Positions 10,200-19,806 of a DNA stretch of 64,000 nucleotides are shown here, one piece after another (the first letter of the stretch is position 1; each line of letters opens with the position of its first letter). A model generated the notes under the pieces. It did no database searches. It was given only the letters and a program-made list of their open reading frames with translations, and was not told the DNA's origin. The stretch is taken from assembly GCA_944325545.1 (NCBI GenBank), contig CALVAM010000011.1, forward strand, positions 2,023-66,022, given 5' to 3'. The position numbers were made by a program, and so were the translations under genes. Source of the stretch: Candidatus Gastranaerophilales bacterium. GTDB lineage: Bacteria; Cyanobacteriota; Vampirovibrionia; Gastranaerophilales; Gastranaerophilaceae.

Positions 10200-12204
10200 T
10201 CCCTGATTTTATCATAAAAAGACTTAGTAAATAAGAAATTGTAATCCCAATAAACAAAGTTATTCCAAGTGAGCTTATGAGTTTAAATCTTACAAATGAA
10301 AGCATCAAAAACGAAAATGCAGTTGAAAGGAATGAAATAAATACAGCATCCTTAGATTTTTCGCAATTTTGGGTTCTAAAAATTGAATAATCCAAACTAA
10401 ACCCTAGAATTAAAAATAGAGCCAAAATATTAAATAAATTTATTGGAATATTAAAAAGACTAATTATAGAAATTGAAAATAATATACCTAAAAGTGGTGA
10501 AATTATTATTCTAAAAGCCTGTTTTAATCCATAGTTAAAGCTTAAAAATAAATACAAAATCACAAATACTATAGGGAATAATTTTAAGCATTGTATTCTT
10601 ATTTTTTTTAACTCTTTTGAAATCTCTAACGCAGGATCTATCGCATTATCCACATTTTCACTTGTAATAATAAATGCTGTATTATTATCAAGCATGAATT
10701 TCTGTTTTAATGGAAAATTTTCTACATCATAATGAGTGAAATTTTTGTTTTCTAAAGCTTTTATTTGTGCTTGGGATAGAAATTTTCCATAAGATTTCAA
10801 ATTATTTTTATATAATTCTTTTACAAGTATGAAATTCTCTTTTTGTTTGTCAGTAGAAAAAATAAAATCACTCAAGCTGATTGAATTTTTAATATTCAAT
10901 TTTTCTTCTTTTTTAAGGATTTCATCAGTATTTTTACCGTTAATTAAGATATACTTAATATTTTTTTGCCCAAATAATTCTTGATTAAGTCTTTCAGATT
11001 TTATCAATTCTTTTGGCGGAGTATAAAGATTTTTCAAGTTATCATTGAATTTGAGGTTAAAAAATCCTAAAACTGTTATTCCAAAAATTATAGATAAAAT
11101 TAAAGGTTTGAATTTTGTTATATCAAATTTTGATAAACTGTTTATCTTAAAATCATTATTTTTAGATAAAATAAATACAACAAAAAAATACACCCCCAAA
11201 AGTCCTGATGCTGTAAATATTCCGATTTGTTTTAGTAATTCTATCCCAGAAAAATTCAAAATTAAAAAAGCAAAAACAGTTGTCAGCATGGAATTAGTAA
11301 GACTTTTTATAAAAAGTTTATTGTTATCATTCAAATAATAATGCAAAGAATAATCTAAACTTATTCCAATTAATGAGGTAGAAAAAACAAACGTTAAAAT
11401 GTGGATTTTATGAAAAATAATACTTGAAACAGAAAATCCCATCAAAAATCCAAAAATTATACTCGCTAAAATCGGAAGAATAATCTTATAGGATTTAAAA
11501 TAAAATTTGCATAATAAAATAAGAGCTAAAGTTGAAATTATACATATTATATTAATTTCAAGACTCGAGTTTTTAGATGCCAAATAAGAATGAATAGGAG
11601 TTCCTGTAAGGTATATTTTTCCATCATCTAATTGTTTTTGTTTATTTAAAATATTTTCTAATTCTTTATTATTGTCTATTTCTACTTGAGTAGAGCTATA
11701 AAATTTACCTTGATATTCTTTAATCTCTGTTTCATATCTTTTTGATAAAGAATTCAAAAAATCTCCCGATAACATATATGGGTCATTACTCGGATCAGAA
11801 AGAAAAATTCCAAAAGGATTATATAACCTTATAAGAGCATCATTTTCTATAGTTTTATAATCTTTTTTTTCTAATTGGTTTTTAATATTCTCACTCAAAA
11901 AATTTTCAGGGTAACTTCCATAAATATTTATAACATCGCTAAAAATCGGATTGTATTGCCTGTATTCGTTTTTTAATTCTTCAACTCTTTGAGGATTATC
12001 TGATTCAAAAATTATATTCAAATTTTTAGATGATAGTTGAGCAAGTTTTATTAAATTAGAATTATTATCCAAAAACGCTCTTGTAATTTCTGTATCAATA
12101 CCTTTAAGGCTAAATATTCCAACAATAAAAATTATAGTCGCAGTTAAGAAAAAAATAATTTTTTTAAACATGTTTTTCCCATTTGATATTAGTTTTAGTT
12201 CCAT
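10189..12204 (-). CDS. MMPL/RND-like exporter (ApeM-like)
   Basis: Two TM bundles separated by soluble loops, each with the signature GISLDYSLHY / GFSLDYSIF. Confidence 0.82.
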   Translation of the reverse strand: MELKLISNGKNMFKKIIFFLTATIIFIVGIFSLKGIDTEITRAFLDNNSNLIKLAQLSSKNLNIIFESDNPQRVEELKNEYRQYNPIFSDVINIYGSYPENFLSENIKNQLEKKDYKTIENDALIRLYNPFGIFLSDPSNDPYMLSGDFLNSLSKRYETEIKEYQGKFYSSTQVEIDNNKELENILNKQKQLDDGKIYLTGTPIHSYLASKNSSLEINIICIISTLALILLCKFYFKSYKIILPILASIIFGFLMGFSVSSIIFHKIHILTFVFSTSLIGISLDYSLHYYLNDNNKLFIKSLTNSMLTTVFAFLILNFSGIELLKQIGIFTASGLLGVYFFVVFILSKNNDFKINSLSKFDITKFKPLILSIIFGITVLGFFNLKFNDNLKNLYTPPKELIKSERLNQELFGQKNIKYILINGKNTDEILKKEEKLNIKNSISLSDFIFSTDKQKENFILVKELYKNNLKSYGKFLSQAQIKALENKNFTHYDVENFPLKQKFMLDNNTAFIITSENVDNAIDPALEISKELKKIRIQCLKLFPIVFVILYLFLSFNYGLKQAFRIIISPLLGILFSISIISLFNIPINLFNILALFLILGFSLDYSIFRTQNCEKSKDAVFISFLSTAFSFLMLSFVRFKLISSLGITLFIGITISYLLSLFMIKSGNEQ

Positions 12205-12685
12205 CTTTAGTGATTATTGTCATTTTTTTTATATAGTCACTACCTGAAATTTCTATTGATTTTAAATAATCATATGCAGGTGAATTTTTTTGTGGAACTA
12301 GACCAAGAGTCCAAGTGTTTCCTTGATTTGTAAAAAAGAATTTGAACTCTTTTTCAAGCTTTGAGTAATTCTTTTTAGAAATAGCAAGAATTATATTATT
12401 AATTTGACGATATTCCTTTGTTGTATATGAAGTTGTACTTTTTATCGGATAAGTTGTATAAAAAGTTACTCCAACATCTTCTTTAAATTCAAAATTTCCT
12501 GATGATTTTAGTATTACATTTGAATTAGGAAATATTTTTTCTTGACTGAATTTGCAATTTATGCTTTCAAGCTTTGGCAAATTATTTTCAAATTCGCTAA
12601 TTTTTTTCGGATAATCAAATACATTTGCAAAACTTTGCAAATTAAGCATAAAAAACATAAATAAAGCTAAAAAAATTCTAATCAT
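12164..12685 (-). CDS. LolA-like lipoprotein/lipid carrier (ApeL-like)
   Basis: Signal peptide, FSQEK...LKSSGNF, WTLGLVP; located between thioesterase and MMPL genes as in ape clusters; start may be 12697. Confidence 0.7.
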   Translation of the reverse strand: MIRIFLALFMFFMLNLQSFANVFDYPKKISEFENNLPKLESINCKFSQEKIFPNSNVILKSSGNFEFKEDVGVTFYTTYPIKSTTSYTTKEYRQINNIILAISKKNYSKLEKEFKFFFTNQGNTWTLGLVPQKNSPAYDYLKSIEISGSDYIKKMTIITKDGTKTNIKWEKHV

Positions 12686-13088
12686 TGTATTCCTCAACTG
12701 CTTTTACTAATTTTTCAGGAGCATTATACAAAGTCTCACCGGTCTTAAAATTTACTCCTATTTGCATGGTATTTGCTTTAAATATTTTTTCATTATTCAA
12801 ATAAATATTGTATTTAATAATAATAGCAGGTTCAAGCTCCTGTAAAATACACTCAACCACTATTCCTTCATCAAATTTAGCGGATTTTATATATTTCATA
12901 TCCATTTTTACAATAGGATACATAATTCCATCATTTTTCATATCATCATAAGTGTATTTAAGCTTTCTAAAAAAATCACATCTTGCCATTTCTAAGTATT
13001 TAACATAGTTTCCGTGCCAGACAACTTGCATAGGATCTACATCATAAAATGGTATTCTAATTTTTGTTTTAGTAACTATTTTTTTCAT
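12678..13088 (-). CDS. Hot-dog fold acyl-CoA/ACP thioesterase (4HBT/YbgC family, ApeK-like)
   Basis: FYDVDPMQVVWHGNYVKYLEMAR. Confidence 0.9.
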   Translation of the reverse strand: MKKIVTKTKIRIPFYDVDPMQVVWHGNYVKYLEMARCDFFRKLKYTYDDMKNDGIMYPIVKMDMKYIKSAKFDEGIVVECILQELEPAIIIKYNIYLNNEKIFKANTMQIGVNFKTGETLYNAPEKLVKAVEEYND

Positions 13089-14545
13089 AAATTCCCTACT
13101 AAATCATTTTTAATCGGTAAAATTCCACTTGAATAAGTTTTAATCTCATCTTTGTATTTAAAACTGATTCCTGTGTCTGTTTTTGTAAGTTCTAAATCAA
13201 TAATTTGATTAGGCTTAATAATATTTGCAAATTTTACCCTTCTAATTTGTCCACAATGACAATCTAAATTGTAAGCAAGTTTTATAAAAAAATCTACATA
13301 AAATAACTGTACAACACCTGCTAAAATCGGTAAATCTTCAAAATGACCTTTGAAAAAATTACTGTTCTCTAAAAATATAAGCCTAAATGTTATAGAATTG
13401 TCTTTTTTTACTCTTGATAAAATCAAAGGTAAAGAAAGATTCAATTCAAACAATTCTCTAATTCTTTCTTTATCAATTTTTCCTCTTATATTCTTAGGTA
13501 TTTCATCAAAGAATTTCCATTTTTGAGGAATTTTTTCAAAATCATCTTTGAGATGCTTCTTTAAACTTTTAATTAATTCAACAGAACCGCTTTTTAGTAA
13601 ATAATCTTTGCCTAAGTCATTTAAAACAGCTAAAGTTGCGATTTTTCCCGCAAATTCAAAACAGTAACAATCATCTATATATTCATTTTCTTTTATTTTA
13701 TTTTCAAGAATATCCGCATCAATTCGCTTTTCTTGAACTTTTAATACTCTATCGCTTCTTCCTACAAGCTCAATTTCATCTTCAAATATTTTCATTTTAT
13801 CTTTTATAATCTGATGATTTTCTTTAGAATACTCCGTTAAAATTTCTGTACAATCATCTTTTGAAGCTAAAATTTTTATACCTTTAAATAATTTTAAACG
13901 CTTAGAATTATAATCTTTGCGATATCCTATTGAGCCGCTTTCGCTGCTTCCGTAAATATCAATAACATCATTAGAACAAATAGATTTAGCATATTCATAA
14001 GTCTTATCTTCAAGCTTCGCACCTGCAGTAAAAATATATCTAGGCTTAACTTCTATTTGAACATCATATTTTCTCATTGTTTCCAAAAAAGAAGGAGTTG
14101 TTATAAGAACTGAATTTTTTATATTTAAATCCTCGGGATAATTAATTCTTTTAAGATTAATCATAAACCCTGAATTTAGAGGAAATACAAAATGAAATGT
14201 TGCACCAAAAAGATGTTCTAAAGTTGTAGTTGAAATAAATTCCAAATCCCCTTCAAAATGGAATTCTTCCAATAAATCATCACTTTCAATAATCATATTT
14301 TGAATAGTTTTTTTAACACAACTGTTTTTATCAGAAGTTGAACCGCTTGTATAGAATTCAATATCTTCATTATTTATTGCTTTTTTAAGAAAATCTATTG
14401 CTAATCTTAAATTTTCATCCTCAATATTATTTGATAGGAGTAAAGATTTTATTTCTTTAACAGTATAATTCTTATCTCCATTTTTGAAGATAACTTTTTC
14501 ATCATATTCACTGGTTTTAAAATATTTTAAAAAATTATTATCCAA
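13085..14545 (-). CDS. AMP-dependent acyl-CoA/ACP ligase fused to a C-terminal FabA/FabZ-like dehydratase (ApeH+ApeI-like)
   Basis: YTSGSTS, TTLEHLFG, IYGSSESG, GRSDR and GK adenylation motifs; C-terminal FFKGHFEDLPILAGVVQL hot-dog motif; TTG start. Confidence 0.8.
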   Translation of the reverse strand: MDNNFLKYFKTSEYDEKVIFKNGDKNYTVKEIKSLLLSNNIEDENLRLAIDFLKKAINNEDIEFYTSGSTSDKNSCVKKTIQNMIIESDDLLEEFHFEGDLEFISTTTLEHLFGATFHFVFPLNSGFMINLKRINYPEDLNIKNSVLITTPSFLETMRKYDVQIEVKPRYIFTAGAKLEDKTYEYAKSICSNDVIDIYGSSESGSIGYRKDYNSKRLKLFKGIKILASKDDCTEILTEYSKENHQIIKDKMKIFEDEIELVGRSDRVLKVQEKRIDADILENKIKENEYIDDCYCFEFAGKIATLAVLNDLGKDYLLKSGSVELIKSLKKHLKDDFEKIPQKWKFFDEIPKNIRGKIDKERIRELFELNLSLPLILSRVKKDNSITFRLIFLENSNFFKGHFEDLPILAGVVQLFYVDFFIKLAYNLDCHCGQIRRVKFANIIKPNQIIDLELTKTDTGISFKYKDEIKTYSSGILPIKNDLVGNL

Positions 14546-14600
14546 ATTTTTCCCTTTTATTTGAATTTTAACATTTATTTTTCGATACTAATAAACATTT

Positions 14601-14685
14601 GTCATTCCGAATTTATTTCGGAATCTTATCAACTTAAGATTTAAACCTTTTTTATTGTAAGATGCTGAAACAAGTTCAGCATGAC
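14601..14685. repeat. Inverted pair of 26-nt GTCA-hairpin units (REP/dRS3-like element)
   Basis: GTCATTCCGAATTTATTTCGGAATCT at 14601-14626; the unit at 14660-14685 reads GTCATGCTGAACTTGTTTCAGCATCT on the minus strand. Confidence 0.75.
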
Positions 14686-14697
14686 GTATTTAATATT

Positions 14698-14722
14698 CTA
14701 TTCACTACTCACTATTCACTAA
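14698..14722. repeat. Dispersed 25-nt heptamer element, copy 1 (CTATTCACTACTCACTATTCACTAA)
   Basis: Exact match to copies at 31351 and 33098; one mismatch to the copy at 31819. Confidence 0.9.
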
Positions 14723-15155
14723 CTTCATTTATCTTTCTAAGTCTACATCTTATTATGTATTCTATACCAAAAAATAAACCTACAAGCATATAGGAAATAA
14801 ATCCATTATATAAAATCCAAATCTCTTTTGATAAAAATACTGTTATAAGAGATACTAAAAAGTTTAAAAACATAAAAATAGACCAAAGATAAGTAAGATT
14901 TCTCGTGTATTTTAATACCCATTCTTTAGCGTCAGGCTCTATAGCTAAAGCAAATTTTTGAATAGCAGTTCTTTCTTGAAATATTGATGAAAAAAATACA
15001 ATAAAAAGTCCTAAATTTACCACAACAGGATAGTATTTAAAAAATATTAAATTCGTAAAATGAAATGCAAAAATTACCAAAAACATGGTAACAAAAGGCA
15101 AAATTGCTTTAAAAAATTTACCCAAGCAAGCCATAAACAGCTTCCACAATATCAT
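14712..15155 (-). CDS. COG4648-type membrane protein (ApeG-like)
   Basis: KYYPVVVN, FFSSIF, YTRNLTYLWSIF, W.LYNGFISYMLVG..FGIEY..R; start could be 15134. Confidence 0.82.
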   Translation of the reverse strand: MILWKLFMACLGKFFKAILPFVTMFLVIFAFHFTNLIFFKYYPVVVNLGLFIVFFSSIFQERTAIQKFALAIEPDAKEWVLKYTRNLTYLWSIFMFLNFLVSLITVFLSKEIWILYNGFISYMLVGLFFGIEYIIRCRLRKINEVSE

Positions 15156-15372
15156 TTACTGTTCTAATTTTTTTAAACTCATCAGGAGGTAATTTTTTAT
15201 CAGTAAATTTTTGCATTCTAACAGCAATATCTACCGCATCTATGCTATCTAAATCTAAATCCTCAAAAAGATTAGCTTCTAAATTTATAAGATTTTCATC
15301 AATCTCTAACTCTTCAACCAGGATATTAGTTAACTCATCAAGAATTTGTTCTTTTGTGATACTATTAGCCAT
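15118..15372 (-). CDS. Acyl carrier protein (ApeF-like)
   Basis: DLDLDSIDAVDI phosphopantetheine motif, FKKIRTVNDIV. Confidence 0.92.
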   Translation of the reverse strand: MANSITKEQILDELTNILVEELEIDENLINLEANLFEDLDLDSIDAVDIAVRMQKFTDKKLPPDEFKKIRTVNDIVEAVYGLLG

Positions 15373-15622
15373 TAATTTTCTCCTTAATGTATTCAGCTAA
15401 AGTATCAATAGAATAAAAATATTTCTTATTTTCTTCTTTATCGGAACTCAAAATTATATTAAATTTTCTTTTAATAGCCATACCAAGCTCTAAAGCATCA
15501 ATAGAATCCAATCCTAAACCTTCTCCAAATAAAGGTTCATCATTTTTTATATCATTAGGAGTTATGTCTTCTAACGCCAATGTTTCAATTATTAAATTTT
15601 TAATCTCTTCTCTTAATTCCAT
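15365..15622 (-). CDS. Acyl carrier protein (ApeE-like)
   Basis: PLFGEGLGLDSIDALELG, SIDTLAEYI. Confidence 0.92.
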   Translation of the reverse strand: MELREEIKNLIIETLALEDITPNDIKNDEPLFGEGLGLDSIDALELGMAIKRKFNIILSSDKEENKKYFYSIDTLAEYIKEKING

Positions 15623-15628
15623 ACCAGT

Positions 15629-15657
15629 ATTATATCATAAATTATATTTTAATACAA
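15629..15657 (-). promoter_or_regulatory. Sigma-70 promoter of the ape-like operon, probably leaderless
   Basis: Minus strand TTGTAT-N17-TATAAT with TGn extended -10; only 6 nt between the -10 and the ATG at 15622; no SD. Confidence 0.7.
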
Positions 15658-15659
15658 AA

Positions 15660-15684
15660 CAGGGCTAAATTATATTTAGCCCTG
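15660..15684 (-). terminator. Intrinsic terminator after the Hsp20 gene
   Basis: Perfect 11-bp stem CAGGGCTAAAT/ATTTAGCCCTG followed by TTTTG on the minus strand. Confidence 0.8.
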
Positions 15685-15708
15685 AAAAAGTTTAATTCTT
15701 ATTTTTAA

Positions 15709-16164
15709 TTAGTCTACAGTAAGTTTTTTAATGTTATCTTTCTTAAAATCAAGTTTAGGAGCAGTAATTTTTAAAATACCGTGTTCCAACTTAGCATTAG
15801 TTTTTTCAACATCAATTTCTTGAGGGAAATAAACAGTTCTAGAAAATTCACCATATCTGAATTCAGATTTTCTGTATCCTTTAGTATCTTCTTTTTGTTC
15901 TTCTTCTTTTTTTGCATTGATTGTTATATGGTTTTTATCAATATCGATATCCAAATCTTCCTTTTTAACTCCGGGAAGTTCAGCTTTTACACTATATTCA
16001 TTGTCTTTTTCGTGAAGTTCTACAGGCATTGCGAACTTGTCAACTTCTTCATTATAAATGTATTCTGGGAAAAAGCTGTCAAAATTTCTGTTTAAAATAG
16101 AACTGATTTCATCATTTACGGATTTTATAAACCCATCTGGTGATTTTTTAATTAAGAATTTCAT
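15709..16164 (-). CDS. Hsp20/alpha-crystallin small heat shock protein
   Basis: MPVELHE, AELPGVKKEDLDI, EFRYGEFSRTV.FP, AKLEHGILKIT.PK. Confidence 0.93.
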   Translation of the reverse strand: MKFLIKKSPDGFIKSVNDEISSILNRNFDSFFPEYIYNEEVDKFAMPVELHEKDNEYSVKAELPGVKKEDLDIDIDKNHITINAKKEEEQKEDTKGYRKSEFRYGEFSRTVYFPQEIDVEKTNAKLEHGILKITAPKLDFKKDNIKKLTVD

Positions 16165-16328
16165 GATGTTCTCCTTTCATATTTTATAAGTGTTTTTTTA
16201 ACATCTACTAACTTCAACACTTATATTATTACTCTGTTTTTCTAAAATTTAATTTTTTTAACCAAAAATTAACAATTCCCAATTTTATCTTGTTATGATA
16301 ATATTTTAAATAACTAAGGAGATTAATT

Positions 16329-17267
16329 ATGAGAGTGGGTTTTTTACAGAACTTAAGGAGTAAATTGGATGGGCTTTTTTCTGTACGCATGGTGGATGAA
16401 CATCTGGTAATACGATTATTTACTTTAAAATTTTGTAAAAAATTTGATTACAAATATGATTTTCAGCCTGCTAGTGAATACGGATTAAATCGAGAAATAC
16501 GAAATCCAAAAGTAATAGTTTCATTAACTACGTTTCCTGCAAGAATAGAAATTGTTTATAAAACAATAACAACAATTATGCAGCAATCAGTTAAACCGGA
16601 TAAAATAGTTTTATGGCTTGCAGAAGAACAGTTTCCGGATAAAAATTTACCTGAAAACCTTACGAGATTAGAACAATTTGGACTTACGATAAAATGGTGT
16701 GAAGATATTCGCTCATATAAAAAATTAATTCCATCATTAAAAGAATATCCTGATGATATTATTATTACATTAGATGATGATTATTATTATGATAAAGATT
16801 TATTAAAAACTTTAATAGAAGAACACAAAGAATATCCAAATTGTATTATAGCAAATAGAGCAATGCGTTTGATTGTTAAGAAAACTGGAAAGCATAGATT
16901 GCTAAAAAGAAGCTACATATACGATAGTTCATATTTACCAAGTTATAAAAATTTCTTTATAGGTTTTGGAGGAGTTTTATATCCGCCGCATTGTTTGTAT
17001 TCAGAAGTATTAGATAAAGAAAAATTTATGACAATAATACCAACAAATGATGATGCTTGGTTTTGGTTAAATGCAATAAGAAATAATACCAAAATTGTAC
17101 AATCAAGAAATGGATATAAATTAAAAATGTACCCTATTGAAAATTCACAAGAGCTTGGATTATATAAATTGAATTGCAATAATTCTCAATTAGGAATTAC
17201 AGGCGAAGTTGCTGCAAATATGTTCGCAGAACAATATCCTGATTTTAATTCACGCATTCACGAATAA
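16329..17267 (+). CDS. Glycosyltransferase (GT-A fold, GT2-like)
   Basis: VIVSLTTFPARI, PDKIVLWL, DIRSYKKLIP, ITLDDD (DxD-type), GFGGVLYPP, NDDAWFW. Confidence 0.85.
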   Translation: MRVGFLQNLRSKLDGLFSVRMVDEHLVIRLFTLKFCKKFDYKYDFQPASEYGLNREIRNPKVIVSLTTFPARIEIVYKTITTIMQQSVKPDKIVLWLAEEQFPDKNLPENLTRLEQFGLTIKWCEDIRSYKKLIPSLKEYPDDIIITLDDDYYYDKDLLKTLIEEHKEYPNCIIANRAMRLIVKKTGKHRLLKRSYIYDSSYLPSYKNFFIGFGGVLYPPHCLYSEVLDKEKFMTIIPTNDDAWFWLNAIRNNTKIVQSRNGYKLKMYPIENSQELGLYKLNCNNSQLGITGEVAANMFAEQYPDFNSRIHE

Positions 17268-17277
17268 ATTTATACAA

Positions 17278-18666
17278 TTAAACCGTAGCCATTTTTTCTT
17301 GAAGAGAGTGAGCAGAGTCTTCATATCCAGCTCTTCCCATAAGAGCATAAGTATAATTTTTAGCTTGTTCAACTCCGGGTTGGTTGAAAGTATTTATATT
17401 ATAAAGTTCTCCTGCTATTGCAGTTTGAACCTCTAACATATATAGTAGTTGAGCAACATTATATTCATCAATTTTTGGAATAGTAATCGTCATAGTAGGT
17501 CTTGAATAATCAGCTAAAGCAACTCTTGTAGAATCAGCTTCTGCATTGATTAAATCATTAATAGTTTTTCCGCCTAAATATCCAATTCCTGTGTATTCAA
17601 ATATTTTTGGAATTTCTAAAGTCGTATCAAAATTTTCAACTCTAATGAATGTAATAATTTTATTGTTAGGTCCTTCATTATAAAGCTGAATTTGAGAATG
17701 TTGATCAGTAGCACCGAGAGCTTTAATCGGAGTAGGTCCAATGTTAACTTTTTCTCCGTTATTATTGAATTCTTTACCTAAAGATTCAGCCCAAAGCTGA
17801 GCATACCAATCTGAAACATATTTTAATCTGCTTGAATATGGCATCATAACAGAAAGATTTTTACCTTTTTTTACGTCCATAAGATATTGGATTAAAGCTC
17901 CTTGAGCGGCGATATTTTGATAAATATCCGTATTTTTAAGTGCCAAATCCATGTCCTTAATGCCGTTCATAAGTTGGTCAATATCTAAACCAACTAAAGC
18001 AAAAGGTAAAAGTCCAACCGCTGAAAAAACTGAAAATCTACCGCCAACATCATCAGGAACAAAGAAAGTTTTAAAACCTTCTTGATCAGCAAGTTGTCTT
18101 AAAACTCCCATTTTTTTATCGGTAGTTGCAACAATATTCTTTCTATAATCGTCACCTAATTCTTTATACATCAAATCTTTAAGAATCATAAATTGTGACA
18201 TAGTTTCAGCCGTAGAGCCTGATTTTGTAATAACATTAACTAAAGTCTTTTTGAGATCTAGAATTTCTAAAAGCCCGCTAATAGTATCAGGATCAATATT
18301 ATCTAAAAAGAAAATTCTGGGAAGATTTCCTCTTTGTTCAGGAGTTAATAAATTCCAATAAGGTTTAAGTAATGCTTCTGTAACAGCAATTCCGCCAAGA
18401 GCAGAACCACCGATACCAAGAACTAAAATATTATCAAATCTATCTTCTACAAGTGAAGCAAATTCTTTAACATACCAAACAGTTTCTTCGTTGTAGCCTA
18501 AATTCATCCACTGTAGCCATTGACCATATTTATCTTTACGTTGATTTAAGCTTTTAATAATATCAGAGATTTTTTCTCTGTAGTTTTCAAATTCTTCATT
18601 AAGGTTTAAACCATTTTCTTCGCCGATAATTGATAAATCAGTGTTTTTATAATTTAGTTTAAGCAT
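17278..18666 (-). CDS. pgi: Glucose-6-phosphate isomerase
   Basis: LGIGGSALG, TKSGSTAET, DVGGRFSVFS, QLWAESLGK, DQHSQIQLY, FNQPGVEQAK. Confidence 0.96.
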   Translation of the reverse strand: MLKLNYKNTDLSIIGEENGLNLNEEFENYREKISDIIKSLNQRKDKYGQWLQWMNLGYNEETVWYVKEFASLVEDRFDNILVLGIGGSALGGIAVTEALLKPYWNLLTPEQRGNLPRIFFLDNIDPDTISGLLEILDLKKTLVNVITKSGSTAETMSQFMILKDLMYKELGDDYRKNIVATTDKKMGVLRQLADQEGFKTFFVPDDVGGRFSVFSAVGLLPFALVGLDIDQLMNGIKDMDLALKNTDIYQNIAAQGALIQYLMDVKKGKNLSVMMPYSSRLKYVSDWYAQLWAESLGKEFNNNGEKVNIGPTPIKALGATDQHSQIQLYNEGPNNKIITFIRVENFDTTLEIPKIFEYTGIGYLGGKTINDLINAEADSTRVALADYSRPTMTITIPKIDEYNVAQLLYMLEVQTAIAGELYNINTFNQPGVEQAKNYTYALMGRAGYEDSAHSLQEKMATV

Positions 18667-18824
18667 TTCAAATCCCTTATATAATACCCATATTTTAATT
18701 GTACTATTAACAATTATTTTTTCAAGGCATCAGTAAGGTAGAATGCATAATATAGCTTAGGTTTACAAAATTTTTTTTAAGAATATAATTATCTGCATAT
18801 AAAAATGTATATCAGGGGGTATAT

Positions 18825-19721
18825 GTGAAAATTTTATCTGTTAATTCTGTTGGTTATAGAAATAATAATTATCATCTAAAATTTAATAAAAATAACAAAA
18901 GTAATTTTTTACAATTAACTAATGAGCCTATCTCAACAGTAAATTTTAAAGGGATAAATACTTTATCTCAAAGTTTTGAATATGGTTTATCTTTGGAAGA
19001 ATTGAAAGACAGATTAAGTCCTGAAAAATATACAAAATGAGATTTATTATTTCCCAAAAGTATTGAATATAAAAGTTTAGCTGATGGGGATAAAAAAGCT
19101 TTAGCTCATTTAGTAAGAGCTTCTGAATATTTTAATGACGTTTATAAACGTTTAGATGATGTTCATAATTTAGAGTTTGAAAAATTTTTAGCAACAAGAA
19201 TTGCTCAAGGTGATGAAAAAGCTGTTTTGACTAAAAAACTTTATGATGGTCAAAAAGGTATAAATGCAAAATCTGTTGACGGGTCTGAAGTCAATTTAGC
19301 TAAAGGAATTAAAACAATTGCAGGAAAAGGGTTTTATACCCTTCAAAAACAAAAAGAGATTTTAACATCTTGGATAGTTGGATATTTACCTTTAGGAGCG
19401 GATTTAAGTAATGCACATAGAGCGAGAAATATTATGCAGTATAACTATTTTATCCAAAATGGCGGAATAAAATTTGATAGCAATGGTAAAATAAAAATAG
19501 ATTTTGCTAAAATTACTCAGTGCGGAGAAAAAATGCTTAATGATGCTATAAAGATACAATTAAGCAAAAGTGAAAAAATGGCAAAAGAATATATTGAAAA
19601 ATATGCTGTTTGGACAAAAGAATTGGATATACTTGCAAATAAACTGAAACCTATTGATAAAAGATTGAATTCTTATTTGTATTCTCCAATCGCAAAAGAA
19701 GTTTTGAAAAAAATAAAATAA
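18825..19721 (+). pseudogene. Disrupted paralogue of the M49-like peptidase at 50713-52605
   Basis: The two listed ORFs (18825-19040, 19227-19721) share one frame broken only by TGA at 19038-19040; the read-through aligns to the paralogue (LADGDKKALAHLV vs LADGDKEALKHLV) but skips about residues 176-504, including HExxH. Confidence 0.8.
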
Positions 19722-19806
19722 TTCCTAAGTTTCTTTGATGTATAATTAATTTAGATTATTTAAATATGTAAATCTCAATAAAGTTGATTAAAAAAGGGAA
19801 TTAATT

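Noticed and set aside
16165-16328. CIRCE element upstream of hsp20
   Set aside because: No TTAGCACTC-N9-GAGTGCTAA match
19038-19040. TGA as evidence of an alternative genetic code or selenocysteine
   Set aside because: TGA terminates bona fide genes here (thyX, ligase gene), the aligned residue is Lys rather than Trp/Gly/Cys, and no SECIS-like hairpin was recognised
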